A stretch of DNA of 64,000 bases, taken from contig CAYOSW010000004.1 of the NCBI GenBank assembly GCA_964406775.1, forward strand, positions 7,392 to 71,391, written 5' to 3'. Shown here one piece after another: positions 1-9,634 of this stretch (positions are counted from its first letter, which is position 1; every line of letters begins with the position of its first letter). Below the pieces are notes generated by a model. The model saw only the letters and a program-made list of their open reading frames with translations, had not been told where the DNA came from and ran no database searches. Both the position numbers and the translations under genes were made by a program. The stretch comes from an uncultured Gammaproteobacteria bacterium (GTDB lineage: Bacteria; Patescibacteriota; Microgenomatia; Daviesbacterales; UBA10151).

Positions 1-14
1 ATTTATAATTCTTT

Positions 15-1634
15 TCATTTCTGCTTACCTAAAACAGGTTTTGTATTTAAGTCTTTAACATATTCCGGCTTTATTTCATATATGTCAGCAAAAGGATATT
101 TTTCTACAAGATTGTATTTAGAGAGCGCCTGAGTCTTCGAAACAGCCTTCCAGGTCGAATCATTATCATCATAAGTACGCATAATTATCCACCTGGCCCA
201 TCTGTCAGGAGAAGTTGTTCCCGATTCCCAATATTTACCCGTTCCTTCGTGAATGAATTTACTCATAGGCAGTCCCGAGGAAAAGATAATTGCATCGTGG
301 GAAGCTGCGGAAACTAAGACAAACCCTTCTTTGTCTTTGGCATTTTTATTTAACCATCCGGACACTTCACTGACATTTTTCTGTGACGATCCGACTCTGG
401 CATCATCGATTGTTACCGCATCATATGAAGAAAATTGGAAAAATAAGACAAACACTATCAGTCCGACAATTGCCAATCTATAGTTTTTAAGTTTATCAAT
501 TAGGAACCCTATGAAAATGGCGATTGACGGCATCATCATAATTCCATACCTCACATTAAACCAAACATCTCCCGATAAACCCTGGATGAATAAAACTGAA
601 TGACCCATATAAAGAGCAATTATATTGAAGATAAGTGGAGCAAGAAGTGCGCTTGAGGCAATTTTTATCCCTACTTTAACCTGCTTATCAATCCAAAGAG
701 CTACCATACCGAATAGACCGAGAATAGAAATGAAAGCATTACTGTTATAAGCCAGCGCGTATAGATAAAACTTTATGGAAAGTAAAATATTACCCTTTGT
801 AATTAAATTGCCTGAGCTTTCCAGTTGTAATTGCTGAGCGTGGGCGGAATACGGTCCGAAAGCGAAATACAAAGGATCCTTAAAAATCAGCTGATTCCAT
901 AAAAACCAGAGGAATAAACCTAATGACCCCAAAGTTGCGAAAAGAATATAAGTCCCTTCAATGTTTCTATATGATTTTAATTTATAACCTCCTGTTCGGA
1001 ATACTTCTAAAATTACGAGTCCGGAAACAAACATGAACAAAAACCAGCCGTCATAGCGGACTAATGTTGAAAGCATCACCCAAAAAGCCGACTTGATTAA
1101 ATTCAGAACCTGGCCGGTTTTGTGCCAAAGCATTAACTCGTAAACTCCGGCAGTCATAACCGCCAAAAGCAGCAGCTCAGTCATAGCAGTAGACTGAAGG
1201 TAAAGAATATTAATATTGGCAACAAATATCAGCACTCCAACAATTCTTCCCAGCAAGTTCACTCCTATTTGCTCCAAAAATCTGTAGATTAACGCACCCG
1301 TCGCTATAAAAGAAATCATCGAAACTATGGCTCCCGATAATCCCGAATGCCACATAAAATCATTCCAGATGGTTGGCAACATTAAAATATGAGGTAAAGG
1401 CAGCCAGACAGAACCTAGCTGAGCAGCGCCTGGTTTTAGTCCCTCAACTACTCTTCTTCCGATATCCAAATGGGATCTGGCATCGTTATATGACAGCCCC
1501 AGACCGCTGAAGTAATAAACAATAAAGCTGTATGCCGATATGAATATCAATAAATAAACTACCAGAAGCAGGATATGCTTATTCAAGGGCTTAAAAAAGT
1601 TAAACCAATTTTTATTGATTGAGATATTAAACAT
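15..1634 (-). CDS. GT-C fold multi-pass membrane glycosyltransferase (ArnT/PMT-like)
   Basis: 539 aa, many TM helices, N-terminal loop YNDARSH and later 'STAMTE' and 'RYDGW' motifs typical of GT-C enzymes; last visible gene of the glycan operon. Confidence 0.75.
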   Translation of the reverse strand: MFNISINKNWFNFFKPLNKHILLLVVYLLIFISAYSFIVYYFSGLGLSYNDARSHLDIGRRVVEGLKPGAAQLGSVWLPLPHILMLPTIWNDFMWHSGLSGAIVSMISFIATGALIYRFLEQIGVNLLGRIVGVLIFVANINILYLQSTAMTELLLLAVMTAGVYELMLWHKTGQVLNLIKSAFWVMLSTLVRYDGWFLFMFVSGLVILEVFRTGGYKLKSYRNIEGTYILFATLGSLGLFLWFLWNQLIFKDPLYFAFGPYSAHAQQLQLESSGNLITKGNILLSIKFYLYALAYNSNAFISILGLFGMVALWIDKQVKVGIKIASSALLAPLIFNIIALYMGHSVLFIQGLSGDVWFNVRYGIMMMPSIAIFIGFLIDKLKNYRLAIVGLIVFVLFFQFSSYDAVTIDDARVGSSQKNVSEVSGWLNKNAKDKEGFVLVSAASHDAIIFSSGLPMSKFIHEGTGKYWESGTTSPDRWARWIIMRTYDDNDSTWKAVSKTQALSKYNLVEKYPFADIYEIKPEYVKDLNTKPVLGKQK

Positions 1635-3213
1635 TTTTTACCTTTCCTCTATCCAGTAAAAGTATTGAGTACAAGATGAAAGACATAAATATAATGCTTC
1701 CGGAAACAAGCCAATAAAAATTAGCAGCGGTTAAAACATTCCTCAGATACTCGCGGTAAACAAAAGATTTAGATCCGCTGTTTATTAAGAAATCTATATT
1801 TCGTTCATATGTATATTTCTGGACTTTACCGCTTAATTTTTCTAAATTCAGAACCTCATTTTTTGGAGGATTGGCACTAGAAGTTAATGCTCCTAATGTA
1901 TTTACTAATATTGAATAAATAAGAACTATCAAAAAAGCCAATAAAATAAAATAATTTCTCTTAAAGCGGGAGAGAGCAACCCCGATTAAAACTGCGAGCA
2001 GTGCATAACTCGGAATTAAATATCTTGAACCGAAAGCCCAGCCTCCGTAAGGATCTCCCCACATTGAGTAAAGAAGCACGTTAGCTCCTATGATAGAAAT
2101 TAATAGAGCAGCTATTTCCGGACGTGTTTTATTTAACACGAATAATCCTAAAATTCCGAAAAGTACAACCGGTGTAAAAAATATAATTCCCCTGTCCTCG
2201 CTTATAAAATGAGTATAAAATCCGTTAATTAAATTTCTGGTTTTAAAGAAGCCGACCGCCTCTTTCTTATCTTTTTTAGGATCTTCCAGAGGTACCTTAT
2301 CTTTCTCCTCCAATGGCTTATCTATTCCCAATTGTTTGTATATGTCCTTCTTCTCTAAAGGCTTACCTTGTTCATCAATACCCTTAACCCCCTGTACGGT
2401 ACCTCCCAACTGAAAGGGATTGCCGTAAGAAATTTTGTTAAACCAAAGAAAAAATAATAACGGAAGTACTGCTCCTAAGAAAGTGAGGACATAAATTAAA
2501 TTTATACCTATATTAATTTTTCTTTCATTTTTATGAACCGAGATAAATCTGCCTAATGCAAATACCGCTATCGGCAGCATAAAGAATAAGTTCGGATTAT
2601 CGATAACGATTGAGGATGCACATAAAAACCATATTAAACAAAGGGACCAAAAATTTTTCCATTTTAATAATGCATAAATACTCAGCAGAATTAAAAATGA
2701 CGAGATATGATGCTGATATAAATTAACAGCGTATGCGTATGCCGGAGTAGCAAACAAGAAAGTGAGCGCCCCTAAGCCTGATGCTGCTGCATTTGCTCCC
2801 AATTTTGAAGCTATCTTATATATAAGGAAGGCGTTGATTAGTGCAAATAATGCTATAACCGAATATGTGCCTATCTGAGCTAAGTTAAACATTCTACCCA
2901 GAAGGTATCCCGGCATAACAATATATGAAACACCCGGTGCGAACAGTGAAACATATTTCCCGTTAATCAGACCTAAATCCGGAGTAGCAAATCTGGCAAT
3001 AGGCAGAGTAAACACCGGAGTATGATTTTCCAATATTGAATAAGTCAAAGCATACCTCCCTCTTTCAGGAGATAACTCTAAAGGACCACCTTCAGTAAAA
3101 ACATAATCATTTAGGTTTTTCTCAGTTTGATTACCAGAAATGCCCCTTATACTAATTCCGAGTGTGAAAATAATAAAAATAGAAATGAGAAAAATATAAA
3201 ATTTCTTTAGCAT
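1627..3213 (-). CDS. GT-C-like multi-pass membrane protein (putative lipid-linked sugar transferase)
   Basis: 528 aa polytopic; 'GGWAFGSRYLIP' motif typical of GT-C-like membrane transferases; overlaps next gene by 8 nt. Confidence 0.65.
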   Translation of the reverse strand: MLKKFYIFLISIFIIFTLGISIRGISGNQTEKNLNDYVFTEGGPLELSPERGRYALTYSILENHTPVFTLPIARFATPDLGLINGKYVSLFAPGVSYIVMPGYLLGRMFNLAQIGTYSVIALFALINAFLIYKIASKLGANAAASGLGALTFLFATPAYAYAVNLYQHHISSFLILLSIYALLKWKNFWSLCLIWFLCASSIVIDNPNLFFMLPIAVFALGRFISVHKNERKINIGINLIYVLTFLGAVLPLLFFLWFNKISYGNPFQLGGTVQGVKGIDEQGKPLEKKDIYKQLGIDKPLEEKDKVPLEDPKKDKKEAVGFFKTRNLINGFYTHFISEDRGIIFFTPVVLFGILGLFVLNKTRPEIAALLISIIGANVLLYSMWGDPYGGWAFGSRYLIPSYALLAVLIGVALSRFKRNYFILLAFLIVLIYSILVNTLGALTSSANPPKNEVLNLEKLSGKVQKYTYERNIDFLINSGSKSFVYREYLRNVLTAANFYWLVSGSIIFMSFILYSILLLDRGKVKNV

Positions 3214-3214
3214 A

Positions 3215-4111
3215 TTAAGCAGTCACCTTCTTTGTTGAACTATCTATCTCCCATAAAACATTCAATATTTTTTTAGAATCAAGTCGAAAAATCTTTGTAT
3301 AAATATTTACTCCAATATAAAAAATCATCTTTATTGGATCTCTAAAAAGCTCTTCTATCAGAACACTTAAAATTATTCTTGTTGGTATTCTGTATTCCTT
3401 TTCTAATCTCCCATAATATTTTTCCATCTCCAATTTTGAAAGTTGGAATCTACTGCTTTTTCTTAAATGCTCTTTCATATTTTGGGGATTTTTGAATAAT
3501 ACATAGGCTTGAGGAAAATACCTGTAAATTCCATTTAGTTTCCTGTTTTGAAAATAGAAGTACGCGTCGTTTGTGGATATTGAATCCCGAATATCAAATT
3601 TTCTAACCCAATTTGTCCGAAAAGCCATAAATCTTCCTACAACAGCCAGGTAATTATCTCCCCTATCCCAATTTACTGCGATTTTGCTCACGATATCTGT
3701 TCCTTTATTCAAAATACTTTCAAAAAAATTTGTTGCCTTGACCGGTTTATTTAAAATACTCAGCATTGTTATTTCGGGGTGCTTAACAAACTGACTAATT
3801 ACTTTTTTTAATGTAGTTTTAGAGAAAAGCACATCATCTTGAGTTAAAATCAATAGATCTGTGTTTGTAAGCTCAATAATTTGTTTTCTTTTTTTTGCCT
3901 GGCTACTTTCAACTAAATTCTCATAAAATTCTACTTTAAGTTTACGTAATTGCTTTTTTACAAACTCGCTCAGAGGAACCCTATCGGCTATAAGGATAAT
4001 TTTGAATTTAGTTATTTTTTCAGAAGCCCTAATTGATTTAATAGTGTCAATTATCGACTCGCCACCATAACAAGTAGCAATGCCGACTGTTAAAGATAGT
4101 TTTTTATTCAT
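3215..4111 (-). CDS. Glycosyltransferase family 2
   Basis: N-terminal 'VGIATCYG', QDD in place of DxD, paralogous to the GT2s at 7764 and 8729. Confidence 0.8.
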   Translation of the reverse strand: MNKKLSLTVGIATCYGGESIIDTIKSIRASEKITKFKIILIADRVPLSEFVKKQLRKLKVEFYENLVESSQAKKRKQIIELTNTDLLILTQDDVLFSKTTLKKVISQFVKHPEITMLSILNKPVKATNFFESILNKGTDIVSKIAVNWDRGDNYLAVVGRFMAFRTNWVRKFDIRDSISTNDAYFYFQNRKLNGIYRYFPQAYVLFKNPQNMKEHLRKSSRFQLSKLEMEKYYGRLEKEYRIPTRIILSVLIEELFRDPIKMIFYIGVNIYTKIFRLDSKKILNVLWEIDSSTKKVTA

Positions 4112-5388
4112 TTAAAAAGCCTTTCTTGATCCTTCCATAACTCAAATGAAAGTCTGTCTATTGGAAGATCAACATCATTAAAAGTTATAGCTTCATCCAT
4201 TTTTATATCTCTTTTTAAAACTGCTCCGTCTGTTAGACCCTGCGGAATTAAATTTTCTTTACGGGCTGTTTTACGGTTTTCTAAAACTCCATAAACAGTA
4301 AATCCTCCAATTCCATCAAGAACTTCTCCTTTTTTCAGGTCTTTTTTCGCAAGAGCAATAACCTCACAAACCGGAGCACCTATAGGGGCAAGCGAAGCGT
4401 CCTTAAAAATTACTGTCTGAGCAACCGTAATCGGTGCTTCTATCGGACTTAAGTGGCAGTGAGTATAAAAAGTATAAAAAGGTCCGTCTCCCATCTTATA
4501 ACATTTCATATATCTTCTTTTGATGGGGTTTTTTGAGTAGGCTATTACAAAAACTCCGAAAGAAGGTTCTGCACCGAGAATATAATCTGTCAATCCTGTT
4601 TTTAACATTTGTTTTTTATCAAATAAGTTAACTGCTTCTTCAACGCGCGAGGCTTTTAAGCCCAACATTCCTCTTTTAGCTACAGGGAATCCTGTGGCAT
4701 TAGCGATAGTTGCCATTTCAAAAGCAATTTTAGATCCGTCAGCGAATGAGGTAATCATCTTCGGTCTCTGCCAATGAGCCTTGGCAAAAGCGGCTTGAGT
4801 AATAGGAGTACGTCTTGCATCAATTAAACTTTTAATATTTCCAACCATTACCGGTTTGAATCCCATCTGCTTTACATATCTGAATATTCTCATTAATACA
4901 GCCGGCTGATCTCCTTCAGCCTGGGAAAACATAACACCGGCTTTATCGGCATACTTTTTAATTATCGGGCCGAGAGTCGCGTCAAGTTCGGCATTAACCA
5001 AAATCAGATGTTTTTTATTTTTTATTGCAGATATTGAGACCCGTGACCCGAATTCAACCTCACCGGTAGCTTCGACAATTACATCAATATTTTTAGAGTT
5101 AGTTAACAGTTCAAAGTCAGAGGTTATAGCCAATGTTCCGGATTTAATAAGCTTTTCAATTTGATCCTGAGATTTAACTTCTTTGTATTTCTTTACTTTC
5201 AAAAGCTTTAAGCCTTTTTCAATATTTTTAACTGTTCTGTTAGAAATTGCGGACAATCTCATTCCGGAAATACCCTCTAAAACCTGCATCCCAAATCCCT
5301 GACCTGCAAACCCAAAACCAACTAAGCCGATACGTATTGGCTTTCCGTTTTTCTCCAATTTTTCCAATGCTTTATCAATTATTATCAT
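4108..5388 (-). CDS. NAD(P)-dependent oxidoreductase with C-terminal SAF domain (homoserine dehydrogenase-like, StrU-like)
   Basis: Rossmann GLVGFGFAG, 'EATG', 'GDQP', 'SFADGSK', SAF domain 'AKKDLKKGEVLDGIGG'. Confidence 0.85.
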   Translation of the reverse strand: MIIIDKALEKLEKNGKPIRIGLVGFGFAGQGFGMQVLEGISGMRLSAISNRTVKNIEKGLKLLKVKKYKEVKSQDQIEKLIKSGTLAITSDFELLTNSKNIDVIVEATGEVEFGSRVSISAIKNKKHLILVNAELDATLGPIIKKYADKAGVMFSQAEGDQPAVLMRIFRYVKQMGFKPVMVGNIKSLIDARRTPITQAAFAKAHWQRPKMITSFADGSKIAFEMATIANATGFPVAKRGMLGLKASRVEEAVNLFDKKQMLKTGLTDYILGAEPSFGVFVIAYSKNPIKRRYMKCYKMGDGPFYTFYTHCHLSPIEAPITVAQTVIFKDASLAPIGAPVCEVIALAKKDLKKGEVLDGIGGFTVYGVLENRKTARKENLIPQGLTDGAVLKRDIKMDEAITFNDVDLPIDRLSFELWKDQERLFK

Positions 5389-5915
5389 TATTTATAAGCC
5401 TCCCAGGCTTTATCTTTTTCGGAGACTATCTCAACATTAATCGGCCAGTTAACTTTAAAAGACGGATCATCAAATCTTATTCCTCTTTCAAATTCTGCTG
5501 TAAAAGGCTGGTCCGAAAAATTTATGAATTCCGTATTATCTTCCAAAGTTAAAATTGCGTGGCCGCAATTGGGCGGAGTTAAAAGCATTTTGTAGTCACC
5601 GGCTTTTAATTCAAATCCTTCAATCTCTCCGTAAGTTGGTGAATCCTTCCGTAAATCAATTACCAGCTCGTATATTGATCCGCTTGTAACCCTGGTTAAT
5701 TTATACTCTGCAAAAGGAGGGACTTGATAATGGATCCCTCTCATTGTTCCTTTTTTCTCTGTAAAAGAAACATATCCCTGAATGACATTAAAAATTATTC
5801 CCCTCTCTTTAAATTTTTCGGTATCAAAAGTCCTCGCCAGAAACCCCCGGTCATCCGCTTTTTTCTCAAGTTCTATAATGAAACAATCCTTGATCTTAGT
5901 TTGAATAAATTTCAT
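5388..5915 (-). CDS. rfbC: NDP-4-keto-sugar 3,5-epimerase (RmlC/RfbC family cupin)
   Basis: 'DDRGFLAR', 'GTMRGIHYQ', 'DLRKDSPT', 'GHAILTL', 'SEKD' RmlC motifs. Confidence 0.9.
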   Translation of the reverse strand: MKFIQTKIKDCFIIELEKKADDRGFLARTFDTEKFKERGIIFNVIQGYVSFTEKKGTMRGIHYQVPPFAEYKLTRVTSGSIYELVIDLRKDSPTYGEIEGFELKAGDYKMLLTPPNCGHAILTLEDNTEFINFSDQPFTAEFERGIRFDDPSFKVNWPINVEIVSEKDKAWEAYK

Positions 5916-5917
5916 AG

Positions 5918-6943
5918 TTATATTTTCCAGAAAAAATTTTTGTCAATTTGTTTAGTTTTAACCAGATGCTCTATCTCCTTAAGTCTGGTATAAGCTCTGG
6001 ATTCGAAAGTCTCTTTATCTAGTGCAATTGACTCAAAAACTTTTTTTAGATCTTTTACACCTTCCTGAACTGTCCGTTTTAACACCAGTTTTGGAAAAGT
6101 CCTTTTAATTTTTTCGAATGAAACTCTATAAGAGCGGGTGTCTCCATCAGGTTTTCCGAATGAAACTTTGCAACCCGGAAGAACTTTTCCGATTATTTCT
6201 GCAACCTCACGTACTTTATAATTTCCATCTGTATTTCCTACATTAAAAACCTGATTCTGTACTAAGTTTTTCGGTGCTTCCAGAACTGCCAGAAATGCTT
6301 CGCAAACATCAAGGATGTGAACAAGCGGCCTCCAAGGTGTTCCGTCAGAGGACATCCTAATTTCTTTCTCAGTCCAGGCTATGCCTGACAAATTATTAAC
6401 GACTAAATCAAATCTCATTCTCGGAGAAGGTCCGAATACTGTTGCGTTCCGCATATAAGCTACTGTAAAGAAAGGATCGGCCAATTTTTGAAGATCCTGT
6501 TCGACCAATAATTTACATTTAGCATATGCAGTTTGAGGAAAAACCTCCGATGTCTCATCTACCATTCCATCTTTTGCTATACCGTAAATGGAACAGGATG
6601 AGGAATAGATAAATCTTTTTACACCGGCTTTTTTAGCAAGCTTCGCAAGTCTGACTATTGCAGTGTGGTTGATATCGTATGTATTTTTAGGATCCTGATT
6701 TCCTAAAGGATCGTTGGATAAATCTGCAAGCGAAATAACAGCATCAAAACCTTTTAAATCCGTAAGAGTTATTTCTCTGGTATCCTTTGTTATTACTTTC
6801 GGGGAAAATTTTACTCCGTTATATAGCCAGCCTTCCCGGTAAAAACCGGAATCAATTCCCGTCACGTCGTGACCGCGCTTCATAAACACCTGAGCCATCT
6901 GAGTTCCGATATACCCGTCAATTCCTGTAATTATTACTTTCAT
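5918..6943 (-). CDS. NAD-dependent epimerase/dehydratase (extended SDR); start moved to ATG 6943
   Basis: TGIDGYIG, SSCSIYG, YAKCK (YxxxK), 'RFDLVVN', 'WRPLVHI'. Confidence 0.9.
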   Translation of the reverse strand: MKVIITGIDGYIGTQMAQVFMKRGHDVTGIDSGFYREGWLYNGVKFSPKVITKDTREITLTDLKGFDAVISLADLSNDPLGNQDPKNTYDINHTAIVRLAKLAKKAGVKRFIYSSSCSIYGIAKDGMVDETSEVFPQTAYAKCKLLVEQDLQKLADPFFTVAYMRNATVFGPSPRMRFDLVVNNLSGIAWTEKEIRMSSDGTPWRPLVHILDVCEAFLAVLEAPKNLVQNQVFNVGNTDGNYKVREVAEIIGKVLPGCKVSFGKPDGDTRSYRVSFEKIKRTFPKLVLKRTVQEGVKDLKKVFESIALDKETFESRAYTRLKEIEHLVKTKQIDKNFFWKI

Positions 6944-6947
6944 TTTT

Positions 6948-7724
6948 TTACCAGACTTTCCAGGGCGCTTCACCCTTATCCCAAAGTTTTTCTAAAACCA
7001 TTTTGTCTCTTAGAGTATCCATACATTGCCAAAAACCGTTATGCTTGAAGGCAGCGAGCTGTCCTTCTTTTGCCAGTTTCCTCAATGGCTCCTGTTCCCA
7101 GATAGTTTTGTCCCCTTCAAGATATTTGAAGATTTCCGGTTCCAAAACAAAGAATCCTCCATTGATGAATGCCCCTGCCTCACCTTCTGCTTTTTCTCTG
7201 AATTGAGGTACTTTTGTTTCGCCTTTTCCTAGGTTGATTACTCCGAAACGGCCCGGGTGTTCAATCGCTGTTACCGTTGCTAAAACTTTTTGTTTTTTGT
7301 GAAAGCTTAAGAGTTTTTTTATATCTACATCCGAAACCCCGTCACCATACGTTAAGAAAAAAGGCTCATCTCCGATATATTTTTGCGCCCTCTTTATTCT
7401 TCCTCCGGTTAAAGTATCTTCCCCTGTTTCGACTAATGTTACTTTCCAGGGTTCTGCACCATTTTTATGAACTTGCATCGTGTGATTACCCATATCAAAA
7501 GTTACATCGGCATTATGGAGCGAGTAATTGGCAAAATACTCCTTAATTACGTGAGATTTATAACCGCATAAAATTACAAAATCGTTAAATCCGTGAGCGG
7601 AAAAAATTTTCATTATATGCCAAAGTATCGGCTTACTGCCGATCTCAGCCATAGGTTTCGGTTTTATTGATGTTTCTTCGGAAAGTCTGGTACCAAACCC
7701 CCCTGCTAAAATCACTACTTTCAT
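6948..7724 (-). CDS. rfbF: Glucose-1-phosphate cytidylyltransferase; start likely ATG 7724
   Basis: MKVVILAGGFGTRLSEET, KPM, TYGDG, FWQCMDTLRD, APWKVW. Confidence 0.95.
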   Translation of the reverse strand: MKVVILAGGFGTRLSEETSIKPKPMAEIGSKPILWHIMKIFSAHGFNDFVILCGYKSHVIKEYFANYSLHNADVTFDMGNHTMQVHKNGAEPWKVTLVETGEDTLTGGRIKRAQKYIGDEPFFLTYGDGVSDVDIKKLLSFHKKQKVLATVTAIEHPGRFGVINLGKGETKVPQFREKAEGEAGAFINGGFFVLEPEIFKYLEGDKTIWEQEPLRKLAKEGQLAAFKHNGFWQCMDTLRDKMVLEKLWDKGEAPWKVW

Positions 7725-7763
7725 AAGTTTCTTGTTTATAGTCAATAACTATAAGTTATTATA

Positions 7764-8723
7764 TTAAATTTTGCCTTTCTTCGCAACCGGAAAATCTGCT
7801 AAGTGCAAATCTTTTGAGGTTGACGAAATCTCCCAGGTTGAAGATATTTCCTTATAGAAGATGCCTTTAATTCTTATCCAAGCCGATAAAATCAGATAAA
7901 GGATGGTATATGCCGGATTCTTCAAAAAACCACAAACCATACCTTTTAATACGAGAATGGGATTTATTCCGAAAAACATTGAGGAACTGCCGTATTGCTG
8001 TTTGACAAATTCCTCGCCGAATTCTTTATAAAATTTACTCTGGGACTGAAGGAATCTTATACTCTGCTTCTGGTGATCAGAGATTGTTTCAGGTAATTTG
8101 ATATAACACTCAGTTGCGGCAAGTTTAAACTTAAAGCCTCTTTGTTTACATAATAAATAAACATATGCATCTTCCCCAACACTCTCCTTAAATTTAATTT
8201 TTTTGTAAAACTTTTTTGAAAATGCTCTTGCTGCTCCGTGACAGAAATAAATATTATCCCCTTTCTCAATTTCTCTGAAAACGAAATCCTTAATAACAAA
8301 TCCTGCAGCCAGGATTTTCTCGATTATTTTTTTGGGAGTATACGGTTTTACTCTGGGAGAGGTAAGGTCAGCCTCGCCTTTAATAAGAGGATGTATCAAT
8401 TTAGAAATAAAATCTCTTTCTTGAATATAAATATCTGCATTTAACAACACGAATATATCACTATTTGATAATTCAAAAAGCTGATTTTCCCTGCCGGCCA
8501 CACCTATCCTGTTCTTGTTATTTACCACCTGGATCAATGGGTTTCTGAGCTTTTCGGCTGTCTCAACAGTTTTGTCTTTGCTGTTGTCGGAAGTCACTAT
8601 AATTTTTTCAAGTTTGAACCCCTCAAACTTTTGGTTTAACAATTGCTTCAGTAAAAACCCGATATTTTTTTCTTCGTTATATGCAGGTATCCCTATAGTT
8701 ACACTCGGTTTATTCATTTTCAT
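7764..8723 (-). CDS. Glycosyltransferase family 2
   Basis: IGIPAYNEE, NAD (DxD position), GED. Confidence 0.88.
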   Translation of the reverse strand: MKMNKPSVTIGIPAYNEEKNIGFLLKQLLNQKFEGFKLEKIIVTSDNSKDKTVETAEKLRNPLIQVVNNKNRIGVAGRENQLFELSNSDIFVLLNADIYIQERDFISKLIHPLIKGEADLTSPRVKPYTPKKIIEKILAAGFVIKDFVFREIEKGDNIYFCHGAARAFSKKFYKKIKFKESVGEDAYVYLLCKQRGFKFKLAATECYIKLPETISDHQKQSIRFLQSQSKFYKEFGEEFVKQQYGSSSMFFGINPILVLKGMVCGFLKNPAYTILYLILSAWIRIKGIFYKEISSTWEISSTSKDLHLADFPVAKKGKI

Positions 8724-8728
8724 AATTT

Positions 8729-9631
8729 TTATAGTTTTTTAGTACTTAATGCCAGATTCCAGGTTTTGAAATTTGTCTTTTCTTTCAGTAACAAAAAGTT
8801 ATTTATATACAGTTTGAAAAAAAGGGCCTCGATGGGGAATCTCAAAAATACTTTTAATAAACTTATCCAATACTCTTTTTCAGGTATTCTCCATTCTTCA
8901 GCTGCAAGGCTCTTAAACTGATCCTCTGTTATTAATTGAGACTTTCTCACTCTTAATTCCTGACTTCTAAAGTCATCTACCGTTTCAGGGAGTCTGAAAT
9001 AAACTGACGCATTTCTTGCGAATTTATATAAATTCTTTTCTTGAAGATTTCTTAAATATATGTAGATATCAACATTTCCAACAGAATTTCTATCGAGCCT
9101 TAACTTGCCGGCAAAGCTTCTCGACATCGCCATTATTTTTCCGTCATTAGTAAAACGGGTCTCTCCATTTTTGTAATTTAATCTCAAAGGCTTGAATGCT
9201 AAATAGCTTGTATATATACATCTGCCGATGAAAGTTTTGGGCTTCAAGGCGCAAATATTGCCGGAAACAAGTCCGACTTTTTTATCTTCCAGGAGGGGGT
9301 TTACCAGATTCTCAATAACCGATTTTGAGGTAATTTTTATGTCATCGTTTAACGAAACAAATATTTCTCCCCTGCTTTCTTCTATTAATTTTTGCAAACC
9401 GAATGCGTAGCCTTTATTTTTTTTACCCTCAATTAATCTGATCTTTTTATTTCTTACTTTTTTTACTTCGCTAACTGTATTATCTGTGCAGGCATCAGCA
9501 TATACCAATATCTCTTCAACCAAGATATTTCTTTCTTTTTGTACGCTTAACGAACGCAATAATCTGCCTATATTCCCTTCTGCCTGATAAGCCGGTATGC
9601 CGATTGATATTTCAGTTCTGAGATTTTTCAT
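8729..9631 (-). CDS. Glycosyltransferase family 2
   Basis: IGIPAYQAE, DACTD, NDD. Confidence 0.85.
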   Translation of the reverse strand: MKNLRTEISIGIPAYQAEGNIGRLLRSLSVQKERNILVEEILVYADACTDNTVSEVKKVRNKKIRLIEGKKNKGYAFGLQKLIEESRGEIFVSLNDDIKITSKSVIENLVNPLLEDKKVGLVSGNICALKPKTFIGRCIYTSYLAFKPLRLNYKNGETRFTNDGKIMAMSRSFAGKLRLDRNSVGNVDIYIYLRNLQEKNLYKFARNASVYFRLPETVDDFRSQELRVRKSQLITEDQFKSLAAEEWRIPEKEYWISLLKVFLRFPIEALFFKLYINNFLLLKEKTNFKTWNLALSTKKL

Positions 9632-9634
9632 AAA

